Assembly: GCA_965205855.1 (NCBI GenBank) | Contig: OZ242184.1 | Coordinates: forward strand, 608,001 to 672,000 | Direction: 5' to 3' | Length of the DNA stretch: 64,000 bases | DNA from: Thermodesulfobacteriota bacterium | Lineage (GTDB): Bacteria > Desulfobacterota_D > UBA1144 > Nemesobacterales > Mycalebacteriaceae | In this document: piece after piece, positions 1 to 9,853 of the stretch | Position numbering within the stretch: position 1 is the first letter of the stretch | How the letters are laid out: every line of letters starts with the position of its first letter | Notes under the pieces: generated by a model | The model's input: the letters and a program-made list of their open reading frames with translations, nothing else | The model's database searches: none | What the model was told of the DNA's origin: nothing | Position numbers and translations under genes: made by a program

Positions 1-548
1 CTTTCGAGTTGCTTATCGGTTCCATTCTGTCCGCTCAGTGCACGGACAAAAGGGTTAATTCCATCACTCCCGGGCTTTTCGCAAAATATTCCGGTCCCGA
101 AAGTTTTGCACGCGCCGATATTGCGGAAATTGAAAGGGAGATTTTCAGCGCCGGTTTCTACAAAAACAAAGCGAAGTCCATAATCAAATGTTCGGTTGAG
201 ATTGTCCACAAGCACGGCGGAGAGGTTCCCGCGTCAATGGATAGTCTCCACGCACTTTCGGGTATAGGAAGAAAAACCGCCAATGTTGTTCTCGCAAACT
301 GGTTCTGTAAACCCGGCATCATAGTGGACACTCATATAAAACGCCTGTCTTTGAGGCTTGGAATGACATACAAAAAAACGGCAGAAGGAATAGAAAAAGA
401 CCTGATGGCGATAGTGCCCGAAAGTGAATGGACTTTTTTTTCCAACGCTCTCGGCGATCACGGAAGAGAGGTGTGCAAGTCACAAAATCCTCTTTGCGGA
501 AATTGTGGCGTATCGGACATATGCGAGTGGAGAGCGGCCAATGGGTAA
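1..548 (+). CDS. nth: Endonuclease III (5'-partial)
   Basis: LSAQCTD motif, HhH LSGIGRKTANV, VDTH, C-terminal 4Fe-4S motif CKSQNPLCGNCGVSDIC; the frame is open to the window edge. Confidence 0.95.
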   Translation, partial: FELLIGSILSAQCTDKRVNSITPGLFAKYSGPESFARADIAEIEREIFSAGFYKNKAKSIIKCSVEIVHKHGGEVPASMDSLHALSGIGRKTANVVLANWFCKPGIIVDTHIKRLSLRLGMTYKKTAEGIEKDLMAIVPESEWTFFSNALGDHGREVCKSQNPLCGNCGVSDICEWRAANG

Positions 549-1440
549 CGGCAACGTCATTCAGAAACTTGTGTCAATCCCCACAAAGGGAGGCAATGTC
601 AACGCCATTTTCTACGAGTGCGAAGGAGGTGGAAAGGAAAAAGAGCCGATAGTTATTCATGTTCACGGGTTTCTTGGAAACTTTCTTGAGGGAAGCCAGA
701 GGTTCCTTCCTCCGATTCTTGCCAAGGCGGGCTATTCATCAATATCCATCAACACGATTCTCTCAAACTTCAGCCTGTTTTTCGGCTATGGAATAGTGGA
801 CAATACAATTCCCCAGATAGACGGAGTCATCGAATTTCTCAAGCACCTGGGCTATGAAAAAATCATCATATCGGGTTATAGCCTCGGCGGCTGTATAGTC
901 GCCAGATATATGTCGTCAAAGAGCGAGGCGAAGGATAATGTTGAGTGTTTACAGGGGATAATAGCGATTGCAACTCCTTATTCAATGCCCGATTCCATAA
1001 AAAACAGATGGAGCAAATGGCAGAGCATTCCTTCTTATGACCGTGTTTATGAGGAAGCAAAGGAGATACTCGGGGAAGACCCGATTAATTCCACCGAAGA
1101 CAGGACAATTATCATACAGAAAGCGCGCGGAGATACTTTCAGCCCAGAGCACTGTGAGATATATACCTATAAAACATGGTGGTTTCTTGCCGGGCCGGAG
1201 GCGACGGGAACAAAGACCCACAAACAGATAGAGAATGTTAAAGTGCCGATACTTCTTATACAGGGATGGGATGACAAGATAGTCCATCCCAATGAAACAC
1301 ACAATCTGTCCCAGGCCGCAAATGAAGCGGGTAACAGTGATGTTTCGGCTTTCTATCTTAACGCCGGTCATACGCTTGAAGGCAAAGAGGATGAATTGGG
1401 AGAAATCATTACAAACTGGATGCAGAGAAGACTCAAGTAA
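541..1440 (+). CDS. Alpha/beta-fold hydrolase (paralog 1)
   Basis: HG oxyanion motif HVHGFLGNF, nucleophile GYSLG, GWDD acid, AGH His; ATG at 541 overlaps the nth end. Confidence 0.85.
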   Translation: MGNGNVIQKLVSIPTKGGNVNAIFYECEGGGKEKEPIVIHVHGFLGNFLEGSQRFLPPILAKAGYSSISINTILSNFSLFFGYGIVDNTIPQIDGVIEFLKHLGYEKIIISGYSLGGCIVARYMSSKSEAKDNVECLQGIIAIATPYSMPDSIKNRWSKWQSIPSYDRVYEEAKEILGEDPINSTEDRTIIIQKARGDTFSPEHCEIYTYKTWWFLAGPEATGTKTHKQIENVKVPILLIQGWDDKIVHPNETHNLSQAANEAGNSDVSAFYLNAGHTLEGKEDELGEIITNWMQRRLK

Positions 1441-1443
1441 TCA

Positions 1444-2343
1444 ATGGCTGTTCAACGGCGACAGATTCTCGGCTACACTGCGCGCGACGGTTTTGAAGTT
1501 GACTCGCTTCTTACGACTCCGCCCGCACCGACCGAGGAAGATCTGCTAAGTATTCCGATTATAATCAACATACACGGCGTTCTCGGCAACTTCCTTGCGC
1601 GTGGAACACCCAAGATATTCCCGTCCGTGATGCTTGAGAGAGGATATTCAACGCTTTCAATAAACACGCGAATGGCGTTTCTCGGTCAGATAACGGGAAC
1701 GGGCATTTTTGAGAGAGCTTTCGATGATGTCGCGTGCTCGGTTGAAACTCTTGAAAAAGAGGGGTTTGAAAACATCTACATACTTGGATACAGCATGGGC
1801 GCAAACATAGCGGTTGACTACATGTCGTGCTGTTCAGATTCTCCTGTTAAGGGTCTTATCCTTGAAGGATGCTCATACTCTCTTCCCGAATCGCAGAAAA
1901 AACGGCTTGACAAATGGGGCAGTATACCGAGTTACGATGACATCTATAAAAAAGCGAAATCCATTCTCAAGCCCACTCCGGAGACTTCAAAAAACGACCA
2001 GACATTTGTTGTTTACAGGGCATGGGGAGAATCATTCAACCCGTCCGATGTTGAAATTTTCACCTATAAAACATGGTGGTTTATGAGAAGCCCCGAATCC
2101 GCGCACGCGAAAACCTGCGACATAATAGGTGATGTTTCTGTTCCCGTGCTTTTTATCAACGGAGCGAATGACGACATAGTGTTTGCCGGAGAGCCGGAGA
2201 GGCTTACGGAGATTTTAAAACGCTCGGGAAACTGCGAAGTGAAGATTGAATACATCCCGGATGCCGGACACGACTGCATGGAAAACCCCGATGCTTCGGC
2301 CGACATCATATATCGGTGGATTAAGGATTTGGAAAGTCGCTGA
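1444..2343 (+). CDS. Alpha/beta-fold hydrolase (paralog 2)
   Basis: NIHGVLGNF, GYSMG, GANDD, AGH; shares SIPSYD and TYKTWWF with the upstream gene. Confidence 0.85.
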   Translation: MAVQRRQILGYTARDGFEVDSLLTTPPAPTEEDLLSIPIIINIHGVLGNFLARGTPKIFPSVMLERGYSTLSINTRMAFLGQITGTGIFERAFDDVACSVETLEKEGFENIYILGYSMGANIAVDYMSCCSDSPVKGLILEGCSYSLPESQKKRLDKWGSIPSYDDIYKKAKSILKPTPETSKNDQTFVVYRAWGESFNPSDVEIFTYKTWWFMRSPESAHAKTCDIIGDVSVPVLFINGANDDIVFAGEPERLTEILKRSGNCEVKIEYIPDAGHDCMENPDASADIIYRWIKDLESR

Positions 2344-2538
2344 CCTCAGGGTCCGGCTGCGGTAAGTCAACATAACCCCTGACGCATACGGTGCCTTGTT
2401 ATCATTAATCACAACGGATATTGAAAAACTGTCTCTTATAATATATTTTCTTCGCCTCTGTGGACAGTTTGCCACGGAAGGTTTTCGTTTTTGGGTAAAC
2501 ACACGACAGCCACGGAATATATGTCGGCTTGATACGCC

Positions 2539-4101
2539 ATGGCAACAAAAACAAAAAAGAATGTTTCGGTGAATATTCTTTCGCAACACGGAATTAAAAC
2601 TTCGGGGCGTGTTTTTCACAACCTTACGGTTCCCGAACTTTACGAAGAGGCGATTGGTAGAAGCGAAGGGAATATAGTGGATGGTGGCGGGCTTGCCACC
2701 CATACCGGAAAGCATACGGGGCGAGCGCCTCTTGACCGTTTTATAGTCAAAGACTCCCTGACAAAGAACTCGGTAAACTGGGGAAAAATCAACCAGTCCA
2801 TAGACACGGAACGTTTTGACTCTCTCTACGGGAAGGTCGCGGCTTATCTTTCAAAGAAAGATATTTTTGTAAAAGACCTCAATGTGTGCGCCCATCCGAG
2901 ATACCGTTCGTCGGTCAGGGTCATAAATGAGTTTGCGTGGCACAACATCTTTGTGAACAACCTTCTGATCAGGCACGGCAGAGGGTTGCAGTCATCCAAA
3001 AAGCCAGATTTCTCTGTCATCTGCGCTCCGGGTTTCAAAGCAAGACCCTCACAGGACGGCACGAAATCCGAAACCTTCATTATCCTGAACCTGAAAAAAA
3101 GAATAGCGCTCATAGGTGGAACCCAATACGCGGGGGAGATGAAAAAAGCGGTCTTTACCATCCTGAACTTTCTGCTTCCCGAAAAGGACGTGTTTCCAAT
3201 GCACTGCTCGGCAAATGTCGGTGGAAAAGGGGATGTGGCTCTTTTCTTCGGTTTGTCGGGAACCGGAAAAACCACCCTTTCCGCAGATTCGGAGCGCAAT
3301 CTTATAGGCGATGACGAACACGGCTGGTTCAAGGATGGCGTGTTCAACTTTGAAGGCGGTTGCTATGCGAAAGCCATACGGCTCAATCCCGAGACTGAGC
3401 CGGAAATCTATTCCGCGTCCATGCGTTTCGGCTCAATTCTGGAAAATGTTGACGTTGACGGGCTGAGAAGGATAGATTTTAACAGTAGCAAATACACCGA
3501 AAACACAAGAGTGGCATATGAGATAAACTCTCTGCCCGGAATAGTGGAAGGCGGAACCGGAAGCATTCCGAAAAACATTTTCATGCTGACGTATGATGCG
3601 TTTGGCGTTCTTCCGCCCATATCAAAATTGACTTCCAAACAGGCAATGGATTTCTTCCTTCTCGGATATACGGCTAAGGTTGCCGGAACTGAGCGCGGTG
3701 TGAAAGAGCCAAAAACAACATTCAGCTCCTGTTTCGGCGCTCCATTTTTGCCACGCTCTCCGCGCTTTTACGCAAATATGCTTGAAGAAAGGATGAAAAA
3801 ATCCCGCGCGAGAGTGTGGCTTTTAAACACGGGAATCACCGGTGGTCCGTATGGAGTTGGGCACAGAATGCCGTTGCCTCAGACACGGGCTTTGGTGAAG
3901 TCCGCCCTGAACAAATCGATTGACAAAGCCGGTTTTATAAAAATCCCCGTGTTCGGGCTTCAGGTACCGGAGTCGTGTCCGGGGGTTCCGTCAAAACTGC
4001 TTCAACCGCGAAAGTGCTGGAAAAGCGCGAAAGAATACGACATAAAAGCCGCTGAGCTGAAAGAGAAGTTCCGGACGGAACTGTTGAACCACGGCAAGTA
4101 G
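2539..4101 (+). CDS. pckA: Phosphoenolpyruvate carboxykinase (ATP)
   Basis: YAGEMKK, MHCSAN, FFGLSGTGKTTLS, LIGDDEHGW, FNFEGGCYAK. Confidence 0.97.
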   Translation: MATKTKKNVSVNILSQHGIKTSGRVFHNLTVPELYEEAIGRSEGNIVDGGGLATHTGKHTGRAPLDRFIVKDSLTKNSVNWGKINQSIDTERFDSLYGKVAAYLSKKDIFVKDLNVCAHPRYRSSVRVINEFAWHNIFVNNLLIRHGRGLQSSKKPDFSVICAPGFKARPSQDGTKSETFIILNLKKRIALIGGTQYAGEMKKAVFTILNFLLPEKDVFPMHCSANVGGKGDVALFFGLSGTGKTTLSADSERNLIGDDEHGWFKDGVFNFEGGCYAKAIRLNPETEPEIYSASMRFGSILENVDVDGLRRIDFNSSKYTENTRVAYEINSLPGIVEGGTGSIPKNIFMLTYDAFGVLPPISKLTSKQAMDFFLLGYTAKVAGTERGVKEPKTTFSSCFGAPFLPRSPRFYANMLEERMKKSRARVWLLNTGITGGPYGVGHRMPLPQTRALVKSALNKSIDKAGFIKIPVFGLQVPESCPGVPSKLLQPRKCWKSAKEYDIKAAELKEKFRTELLNHGK

Positions 4102-4173
4102 CAAGCGGTTTTCCCGCAAAGGCGCGGGCGCATTGGAAACTTTACGCTTCAAGGTGTAGAATAGCTCTTCGGA

Positions 4174-5712
4174 GTGCAAACGATGTTCACCTTTTTTTTC
4201 AAAAAGATCTTTGTTTGCCTTTGTGTTTTTCCCGTTTCAGTTCTTCTTTTCTCTTTTCCTTTCCAAAGCGCGCTCGCCCGCGACGAGTCTTCAATAAAGA
4301 AATCAATAGTAAAGATAAATGTTCAAAAAACGGTTCCGTCCTACAAACAGCCGTGGATAGTGAACAAGCCGTCTTCCGTTTCCGGTTCGGGCTGTATAAT
4401 TTCCGACTCTCATATTCTTACAAGCGCTCATGTGGTTTCGCACGGGGCATTTATCTATGTAAGCAAATCCGGAGACCCGAACAAATACACCGCAGACTTG
4501 CTTTTTATCTCGCACGAAGCCGACCTCGCCATTCTTACGGTTAAAAAGAGCGAGTTTTTTGAGAACACAAAACCTATTGACATAAACCACGAACTTGTGA
4601 ATACACGCAAGGAAGTAACGGTTTACGGATTTCCCATAGGGGGCGAGACGCTTAGCTCCACAAGAGGAATTGTGTCCCGCGTGGAGCATGAGATTTATTT
4701 CCACAGCGTTTATCAGCTTCTTATGTCTCAGATTGACGCTTCCATCAATTCCGGAAACAGCGGGGGGCCCGTGATTGTTGACGGGAAACTTGTCGGGATA
4801 GTAATACAGTCTTTGAGAAGGTCCGAAAACATAGGATATATGGCCCCGGCTCCGGTCATAGACCATTTTCTTGACGATATCAAGGACGGTTCCTACGACG
4901 GTTTTCCGGTTCTTGGCATTGTTATCCAGAACTCTCAGAATCCCGATCTAAGAAAGAAAAATCTGGTTTCCAAAGATGACGGGGGCGTTCTTGTCACTCA
5001 AGTTGCCGACGGGTTTCCGGCTTCGGGAAAAATCCTCAAGGGCGATATTCTTGCTTCAATTGAGGGCGTTGGCATATCTTCGGACGGCAAGATCAACTTC
5101 AGGGACGGTGAGAGAACGGATTTTTCCTATCTGGTTGATTCGCGCCAGATAGGAGATGATATCAAGGTTGAGGTTTTCAGAAACGGGGAGAAAATGGAAA
5201 TGTCAATCCCCCTGACAAAAGGGGCGGACGATTTCCGCCTCGTCAACGCAAACTACGGTAACCCAAGCTACTACATATTCGCGGGTTGCGTATTTTCTCC
5301 GCTCACTTTCAACTATTTTAGGGAATGGGGTTCCAGATGGTTTGTTGACGCGCCCAGCACTCTGCTGTCAAAACTTGCCTACAATGTCAGAGAATTTCCA
5401 GACGAAGAGGTCGTTGTTCTTGTAAGGGTTCTTCCGGCGGAGGTCAACTACGGCTATCACGGAATAAAAAACTGGGTTGTCGAAAAGGTCAACGGGGTCA
5501 CGATACGAAACATAAGTCATCTTGTGCAAGTGGTTGAAAATGAGTCGGCCGCGAATGAGTTTATAACTTTTGAAAACCCTTACGGAAAGAAGGTTGTTTT
5601 CTCATCCAAAGAAGCAAAGGCAAGCAGGGACAAGTTGCTTACCACATATCAGATTAACAAAGACAGGTCCGCCGACCTTGCTGTTTCTATCTTTGAAGGC
5701 GTTGGATTTTAG
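4174..5712 (+). CDS. Secreted HtrA/Deg-type serine protease with PDZ domains
   Basis: Signal peptide; triad motifs TSAHVV, ADLAIL, INSGNSGGP; C-terminal PDZ-like regions; exact start uncertain. Confidence 0.88.
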   Translation: MQTMFTFFFKKIFVCLCVFPVSVLLFSFPFQSALARDESSIKKSIVKINVQKTVPSYKQPWIVNKPSSVSGSGCIISDSHILTSAHVVSHGAFIYVSKSGDPNKYTADLLFISHEADLAILTVKKSEFFENTKPIDINHELVNTRKEVTVYGFPIGGETLSSTRGIVSRVEHEIYFHSVYQLLMSQIDASINSGNSGGPVIVDGKLVGIVIQSLRRSENIGYMAPAPVIDHFLDDIKDGSYDGFPVLGIVIQNSQNPDLRKKNLVSKDDGGVLVTQVADGFPASGKILKGDILASIEGVGISSDGKINFRDGERTDFSYLVDSRQIGDDIKVEVFRNGEKMEMSIPLTKGADDFRLVNANYGNPSYYIFAGCVFSPLTFNYFREWGSRWFVDAPSTLLSKLAYNVREFPDEEVVVLVRVLPAEVNYGYHGIKNWVVEKVNGVTIRNISHLVQVVENESAANEFITFENPYGKKVVFSSKEAKASRDKLLTTYQINKDRSADLAVSIFEGVGF

Positions 5713-6143
5713 CCCAGAACCTCAAACTCTTTTCCCTTTAGCACATTTTTGAGTTTTATAAGGAAGTATCTTCTGCTTTTATAGAATCTTCCCTTTATGT
5801 TCAGTTTGTTGTTTTTTTCCAATTCCGCATGAACTCCCTTGAGATACACCAATACGGTTGCCCCTTTTTCGGAATTTTTCATTTTGAAAACTGTGTAGTC
5901 TTTTCCCTTGAATTTTTTTTGCTTTACGGGGGAAGATATTTTCCCCTCAACCCGCACGACCTTCCTGTGATATTTTTCCGCATTGCCCGCCACATAATCC
6001 ACCGAGAGTGCGGTTGCTTGTGCGGCTTCTTCTTTCCGTGCCGCGACTGTGTCGTCTCCGGGGTTTAATTTCGGGAAAATTACGACCAAAGCCGCGGCAA
6101 TTAAAACCAAAATGCCCGCGACGGAAAGCAGTTTTCTTTTCAT
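5709..6143 (-). CDS. Membrane-anchored OB-fold-like hypothetical protein
   Basis: N-terminal TM helix then a beta-rich KYHRKVVRVEGKI pattern; start overlaps the fumC stop. Confidence 0.6.
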   Translation of the reverse strand: MKRKLLSVAGILVLIAAALVVIFPKLNPGDDTVAARKEEAAQATALSVDYVAGNAEKYHRKVVRVEGKISSPVKQKKFKGKDYTVFKMKNSEKGATVLVYLKGVHAELEKNNKLNIKGRFYKSRRYFLIKLKNVLKGKEFEVLG

Positions 6144-7552
6144 CTCTTTTTCGCGCTTGCGGACGCTTTTGTCATGGACTTGGGGTTAAGCAACGCGTTG
6201 AGGTCTTTTTGTGGGAGAATTTTTTTCGCTGCCGCCGTTTCCCTCACAGTTTCCCCTTTTTGATAGGCTTCTTTCGCGATTGCCGCCGCCGCATCGTACC
6301 CTATCACGGGAGCGAGGCTTGTGCACATTGCGAGACTTTTTTCCACCATTTCCCCGCAACGTGTTTCATTTGCCTCTATGCCGTCCACACATTTCTCCGC
6401 GAACGTAACGCATGAGTTTGAAAGCAGGGAAACCGAACTCAAAATGTTGTCCGCCATCATGGGCATCATAACGTTGAGTTCAAAATTTCCGCTTTGTCCG
6501 CCAACCGTTACGGCGGTGTCATTGCCAATCACCTGCGCGCAGACCTGAGTAAGCGATTCCGCCATTACCGGATTGACCTTTCCGGGCATTATGGAAGAGC
6601 CGGGTTGAACCGCGGGCAGGTTGATTTCTCCGAAGCCGCAACGGGGCCCGCTTCCAAGCCATCGTATGTCATTGGCGATTTTCATCAAACTCACCGCCAG
6701 GGTTTTCAGCGAACCGCTCATCTGCACCGCCGCATCTTTCGCGCCCTGTGCTTCAAAGTGGTTTTTCGCCTCAAAAAACCGGATGCCTGTGAGGCGGCTT
6801 ATGCGCGCCGCGGTTTTGGCACCAAAGCTTCTATGAGTGTTTATGCCCGTGCCGACGGCGGTGCCGCCGAGCGCGAGTTCCCGAAGCCCGTCGCCGGATG
6901 ACTTTATACCTTTGATTCTTTGCGAGACCATCGCCGCGTATCCGCCGAGTTCCTGTCCAAGCGTTACGGGAGTCGCGTCTTGAAGATGGGTTCTTCCTAT
7001 CTTTACTATTTTCTCGAAGTCGCGCGATTTACGCGACAGAGATTTTTGAAGTTTTACAAGCGCGGGCAGAAGGTTGTTTTCCATTTCAATCATCACCGAA
7101 ATATGAATCGCGGAGGGAATGACATCATTGCTTGACTGTCCCATGTTTACGTGGTCGTTCGGATGGATTACCGCTTTGCCTCCCGTCCTGCGGTTTGAAA
7201 TCTCGTTCGCTCTGTTGGCGATAACCTCATTCGTGTTCATATTAGTTGAGGTTCCCGAACCGGTCTGGAAAACATCCACAACAAAATGTTTGTTCAGTTT
7301 TCCGTCCGCGACCTCGGCCGCGGCCTTTGCTATTGCATTTCCAGCCTTTCTGTCAAGCAGGCCGAGTTCCATGTTTGTTTCCGCGGCAGTGAGTTTTATC
7401 ATTCCAAGCGCCGCCGTGAATTCGTGCGGAAGCGTTCTGCCGCTTATCGGAAAGTTCTCAACCGCTCTGGCGGTCTGAGCTCCGTAATAGGCGTCTGCGG
7501 GCACTTTCATCCGTCCCATTGAGTCCGATTCAATTCTTGTCTTTGCGTTCAT
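6140..7552 (-). CDS. fumC: Class II fumarate hydratase
   Basis: TRIESDSMG, QTGSGTSTNMN, GRTHLQDATP, GSSIMPGKVNP signature. Confidence 0.95.
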   Translation of the reverse strand: MNAKTRIESDSMGRMKVPADAYYGAQTARAVENFPISGRTLPHEFTAALGMIKLTAAETNMELGLLDRKAGNAIAKAAAEVADGKLNKHFVVDVFQTGSGTSTNMNTNEVIANRANEISNRRTGGKAVIHPNDHVNMGQSSNDVIPSAIHISVMIEMENNLLPALVKLQKSLSRKSRDFEKIVKIGRTHLQDATPVTLGQELGGYAAMVSQRIKGIKSSGDGLRELALGGTAVGTGINTHRSFGAKTAARISRLTGIRFFEAKNHFEAQGAKDAAVQMSGSLKTLAVSLMKIANDIRWLGSGPRCGFGEINLPAVQPGSSIMPGKVNPVMAESLTQVCAQVIGNDTAVTVGGQSGNFELNVMMPMMADNILSSVSLLSNSCVTFAEKCVDGIEANETRCGEMVEKSLAMCTSLAPVIGYDAAAAIAKEAYQKGETVRETAAAKKILPQKDLNALLNPKSMTKASASAKKR

Positions 7553-7725
7553 TGCTTCTTCTCCCCCGCACAAGTTGTGCAATGGGCCATTAGATTACTG
7601 TGCGTAAGCGTTTACGGCAATACGGCCCGCTTCGGTCATTGTGATTCAGTGCCGCTCCGCTTGACACTTACCGTGTGGAAATTAGATTATTCGGGTAGGA
7701 AAAATAAAAACAGAGAGGTTGTAAA

Positions 7726-8055
7726 ATGTCAGAAAGTAATGTTATTGAGCTCAGCGATTCGGTTTTTGAAAGTGAAGTTATTCAAAGCGACATTCCCGTG
7801 CTTGTCGATTTCTGGGCTCCGTGGTGCGGTCCCTGCAAAGCGATTGCTCCAACGGTGAGCCAAATATCACAGGATTTCGCGGGTAGAGTAAAAGTTGGTA
7901 AAATCAACGTGGACGAAAATCAGCAGACTTCCGTCCAGTTCGGGATAAGAAGCATACCGACTTTGCTTGTTTTTAAGGATGGCAAGGTTGTTGACCAGGT
8001 CGTGGGTGCGGTCTCGCAAAGCGAGATTGAGCAGTCCATCAGCAAAGCTCTTTGA
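7726..8055 (+). CDS. trxA: Thioredoxin
   Basis: WAPWCGPC, IRSIPT; SD GAGG. Confidence 0.97.
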   Translation: MSESNVIELSDSVFESEVIQSDIPVLVDFWAPWCGPCKAIAPTVSQISQDFAGRVKVGKINVDENQQTSVQFGIRSIPTLLVFKDGKVVDQVVGAVSQSEIEQSISKAL

Positions 8056-8073
8056 TAAAAAGGCGGATACCAA

Positions 8074-8358
8074 ATGGGAAGATACATAATGTTGAGCACC
8101 CTTACCGATGAGGGACGTAAAACCGTCAAGATGCGTCCCGAAAGGATAAGGGAGGTGAACAAAGAAATAGAAAAAATGGGAGCAAAGGTTGTAGCCCAGT
8201 ATGCGGTTCTCGGACTTTACGATTTTGTCAACATCATTGAGGCACCGAACAACGAAACGATAACAAAAATTTCAATTGAACTCGGCTCAAGGGGCACCGT
8301 TCAACTGCTTACACTTTCCGCAATAACGATTGACAAGTTTGAGAAAAAACTTTCCTAA
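8074..8358 (+). CDS. GYD-domain protein
   Basis: 94 aa with LGLYDFV (GYD-family motif region) and the typical YIMLSTLTDEG start. Confidence 0.75.
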   Translation: MGRYIMLSTLTDEGRKTVKMRPERIREVNKEIEKMGAKVVAQYAVLGLYDFVNIIEAPNNETITKISIELGSRGTVQLLTLSAITIDKFEKKLS

Positions 8359-8404
8359 GGTTTTTGCCGGTTTCCAAACCTTCCCCACATTGCGGAGGCC
8401 TTTT

Positions 8405-9853
8405 TCAGAAGCGGATTTGAATTCCCGCAATAACGGATTTTGACAACGATTTGCTGTCATCTCCTAGCACGGGTATCTGCAAAGCCAGCGACGGGGACAC
8501 AAATTTTCCGAAACGTATTCCCGAAGTGAAGTACAGGTTGTTTTTCCTTCCGTTTTTCAATGACAGAAAGCGGTTTCCCGTAATTTCCACTGATACTTTC
8601 GCCGCTACGTTGACGGGAAGGGAAAGACCGAGTGCGGCGCCGTATTTCAGTATTTTTTCCGATTTGTCCCCTTCAAACCCCGATGCTTTGCCGACAAAGG
8701 TGAATCCCGCAACGGTCTCAAGGGACAACGCTCCGATGTTTGCCATGCCCCCGATAAACGGCGTCAGGGCGTAGGAATCGGTCAGATAGACCGGAAGGTC
8801 GCGTCTGTACAGCGAGGTTATTTCTCTGAGCCGTTTCACGTTGTCCTTGTATATTGTCGGCAGGTGGGATTCAAAACCCAGAGAGACTTTGTATGAAGGC
8901 GTCTCCGCGACAACGATTTTGCCTCCGAGTCGGAAATTTGAGAGCTCGTAGCCGTCTCGCGGGTTCCGGTCCGGGAGGTTGTTCACTCCGGACTGGTTGA
9001 AAATGATATAAAGACTTTTTCCGTAGTCCGCCGTGGGCAGCTCAAACCTCAGGTCGTAAAGAATAATCTGCCCGCTTCCACCTTTGGTATCGGCAACCTC
9101 GAGGTGCGCTCCCGCATATCCATTTGGAAAAGCAGAGTAGAAAGAATGAGGTGAGTTGTGTTCAATGGAGGAGTTTTTCCAGGGAACATGCGATATGTCA
9201 AAACTCTGTGTGTATTCAAAAATTCCCTGAATGGGATTTATAAGCGCGACCCTGCCGTCTTTGACAAAGTTTCTCATGGGATTGACCAGATGTGCAAGAA
9301 AGGTTGTTGCCGGGTTGTTAACTTCAATCAGCGTATTTGACAGATTTTCCGCGACAACGCCGAAAACAACTCCAAAACCCGGAGTGGAAAGAAGGTCGGT
9401 AAGAGAAGGAGTCTCCACAAGTCCCTCAACCGTGTATTCAAAAAGAGAGCTCTGAAGCGCCGATCCCAGCGCCGACCCCCAAAATCCGTAGCCCATTTCC
9501 CTGTAATACAGATAAGACACATATCCAGCAAACGGATGCACCACGTAGTTTGTGAAAAATTCATCACCATCGTCCTTTACCGGAGCCTGAGATATGTTGT
9601 CCCACCACCGGGACAGTGAGGTGTCGAATATGCGTTCATTTTTATTGCGCACGTAGAAAAACCTGAAACCCCATATTGAACCGTAGTAGATGGCGCTGTC
9701 TTTAAGGAAGTCCGAGCTCGCAACGGGTTTGCGCACCTGTTGCGCGGAGGCTTCTCTGCCGGATTGTTCCGCCGCTGCGGGTAGGGCGCCAAGTGCGAGA
9801 ACCGCGAACAGCACGGCCGTAAGACTCTGTTTTCTACGGGTTTTTGATGCCAT
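8405..9853 (-). CDS. DUF3943-like exported/outer-membrane protein
   Basis: Signal peptide; DGDEFFTNYVVHP...FEYTVE...PSLTDL..TP pattern; C-terminal beta-barrel signal QIRF. Confidence 0.65.
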   Translation of the reverse strand: MASKTRRKQSLTAVLFAVLALGALPAAAEQSGREASAQQVRKPVASSDFLKDSAIYYGSIWGFRFFYVRNKNERIFDTSLSRWWDNISQAPVKDDGDEFFTNYVVHPFAGYVSYLYYREMGYGFWGSALGSALQSSLFEYTVEGLVETPSLTDLLSTPGFGVVFGVVAENLSNTLIEVNNPATTFLAHLVNPMRNFVKDGRVALINPIQGIFEYTQSFDISHVPWKNSSIEHNSPHSFYSAFPNGYAGAHLEVADTKGGSGQIILYDLRFELPTADYGKSLYIIFNQSGVNNLPDRNPRDGYELSNFRLGGKIVVAETPSYKVSLGFESHLPTIYKDNVKRLREITSLYRRDLPVYLTDSYALTPFIGGMANIGALSLETVAGFTFVGKASGFEGDKSEKILKYGAALGLSLPVNVAAKVSVEITGNRFLSLKNGRKNNLYFTSGIRFGKFVSPSLALQIPVLGDDSKSLSKSVIAGIQIRF

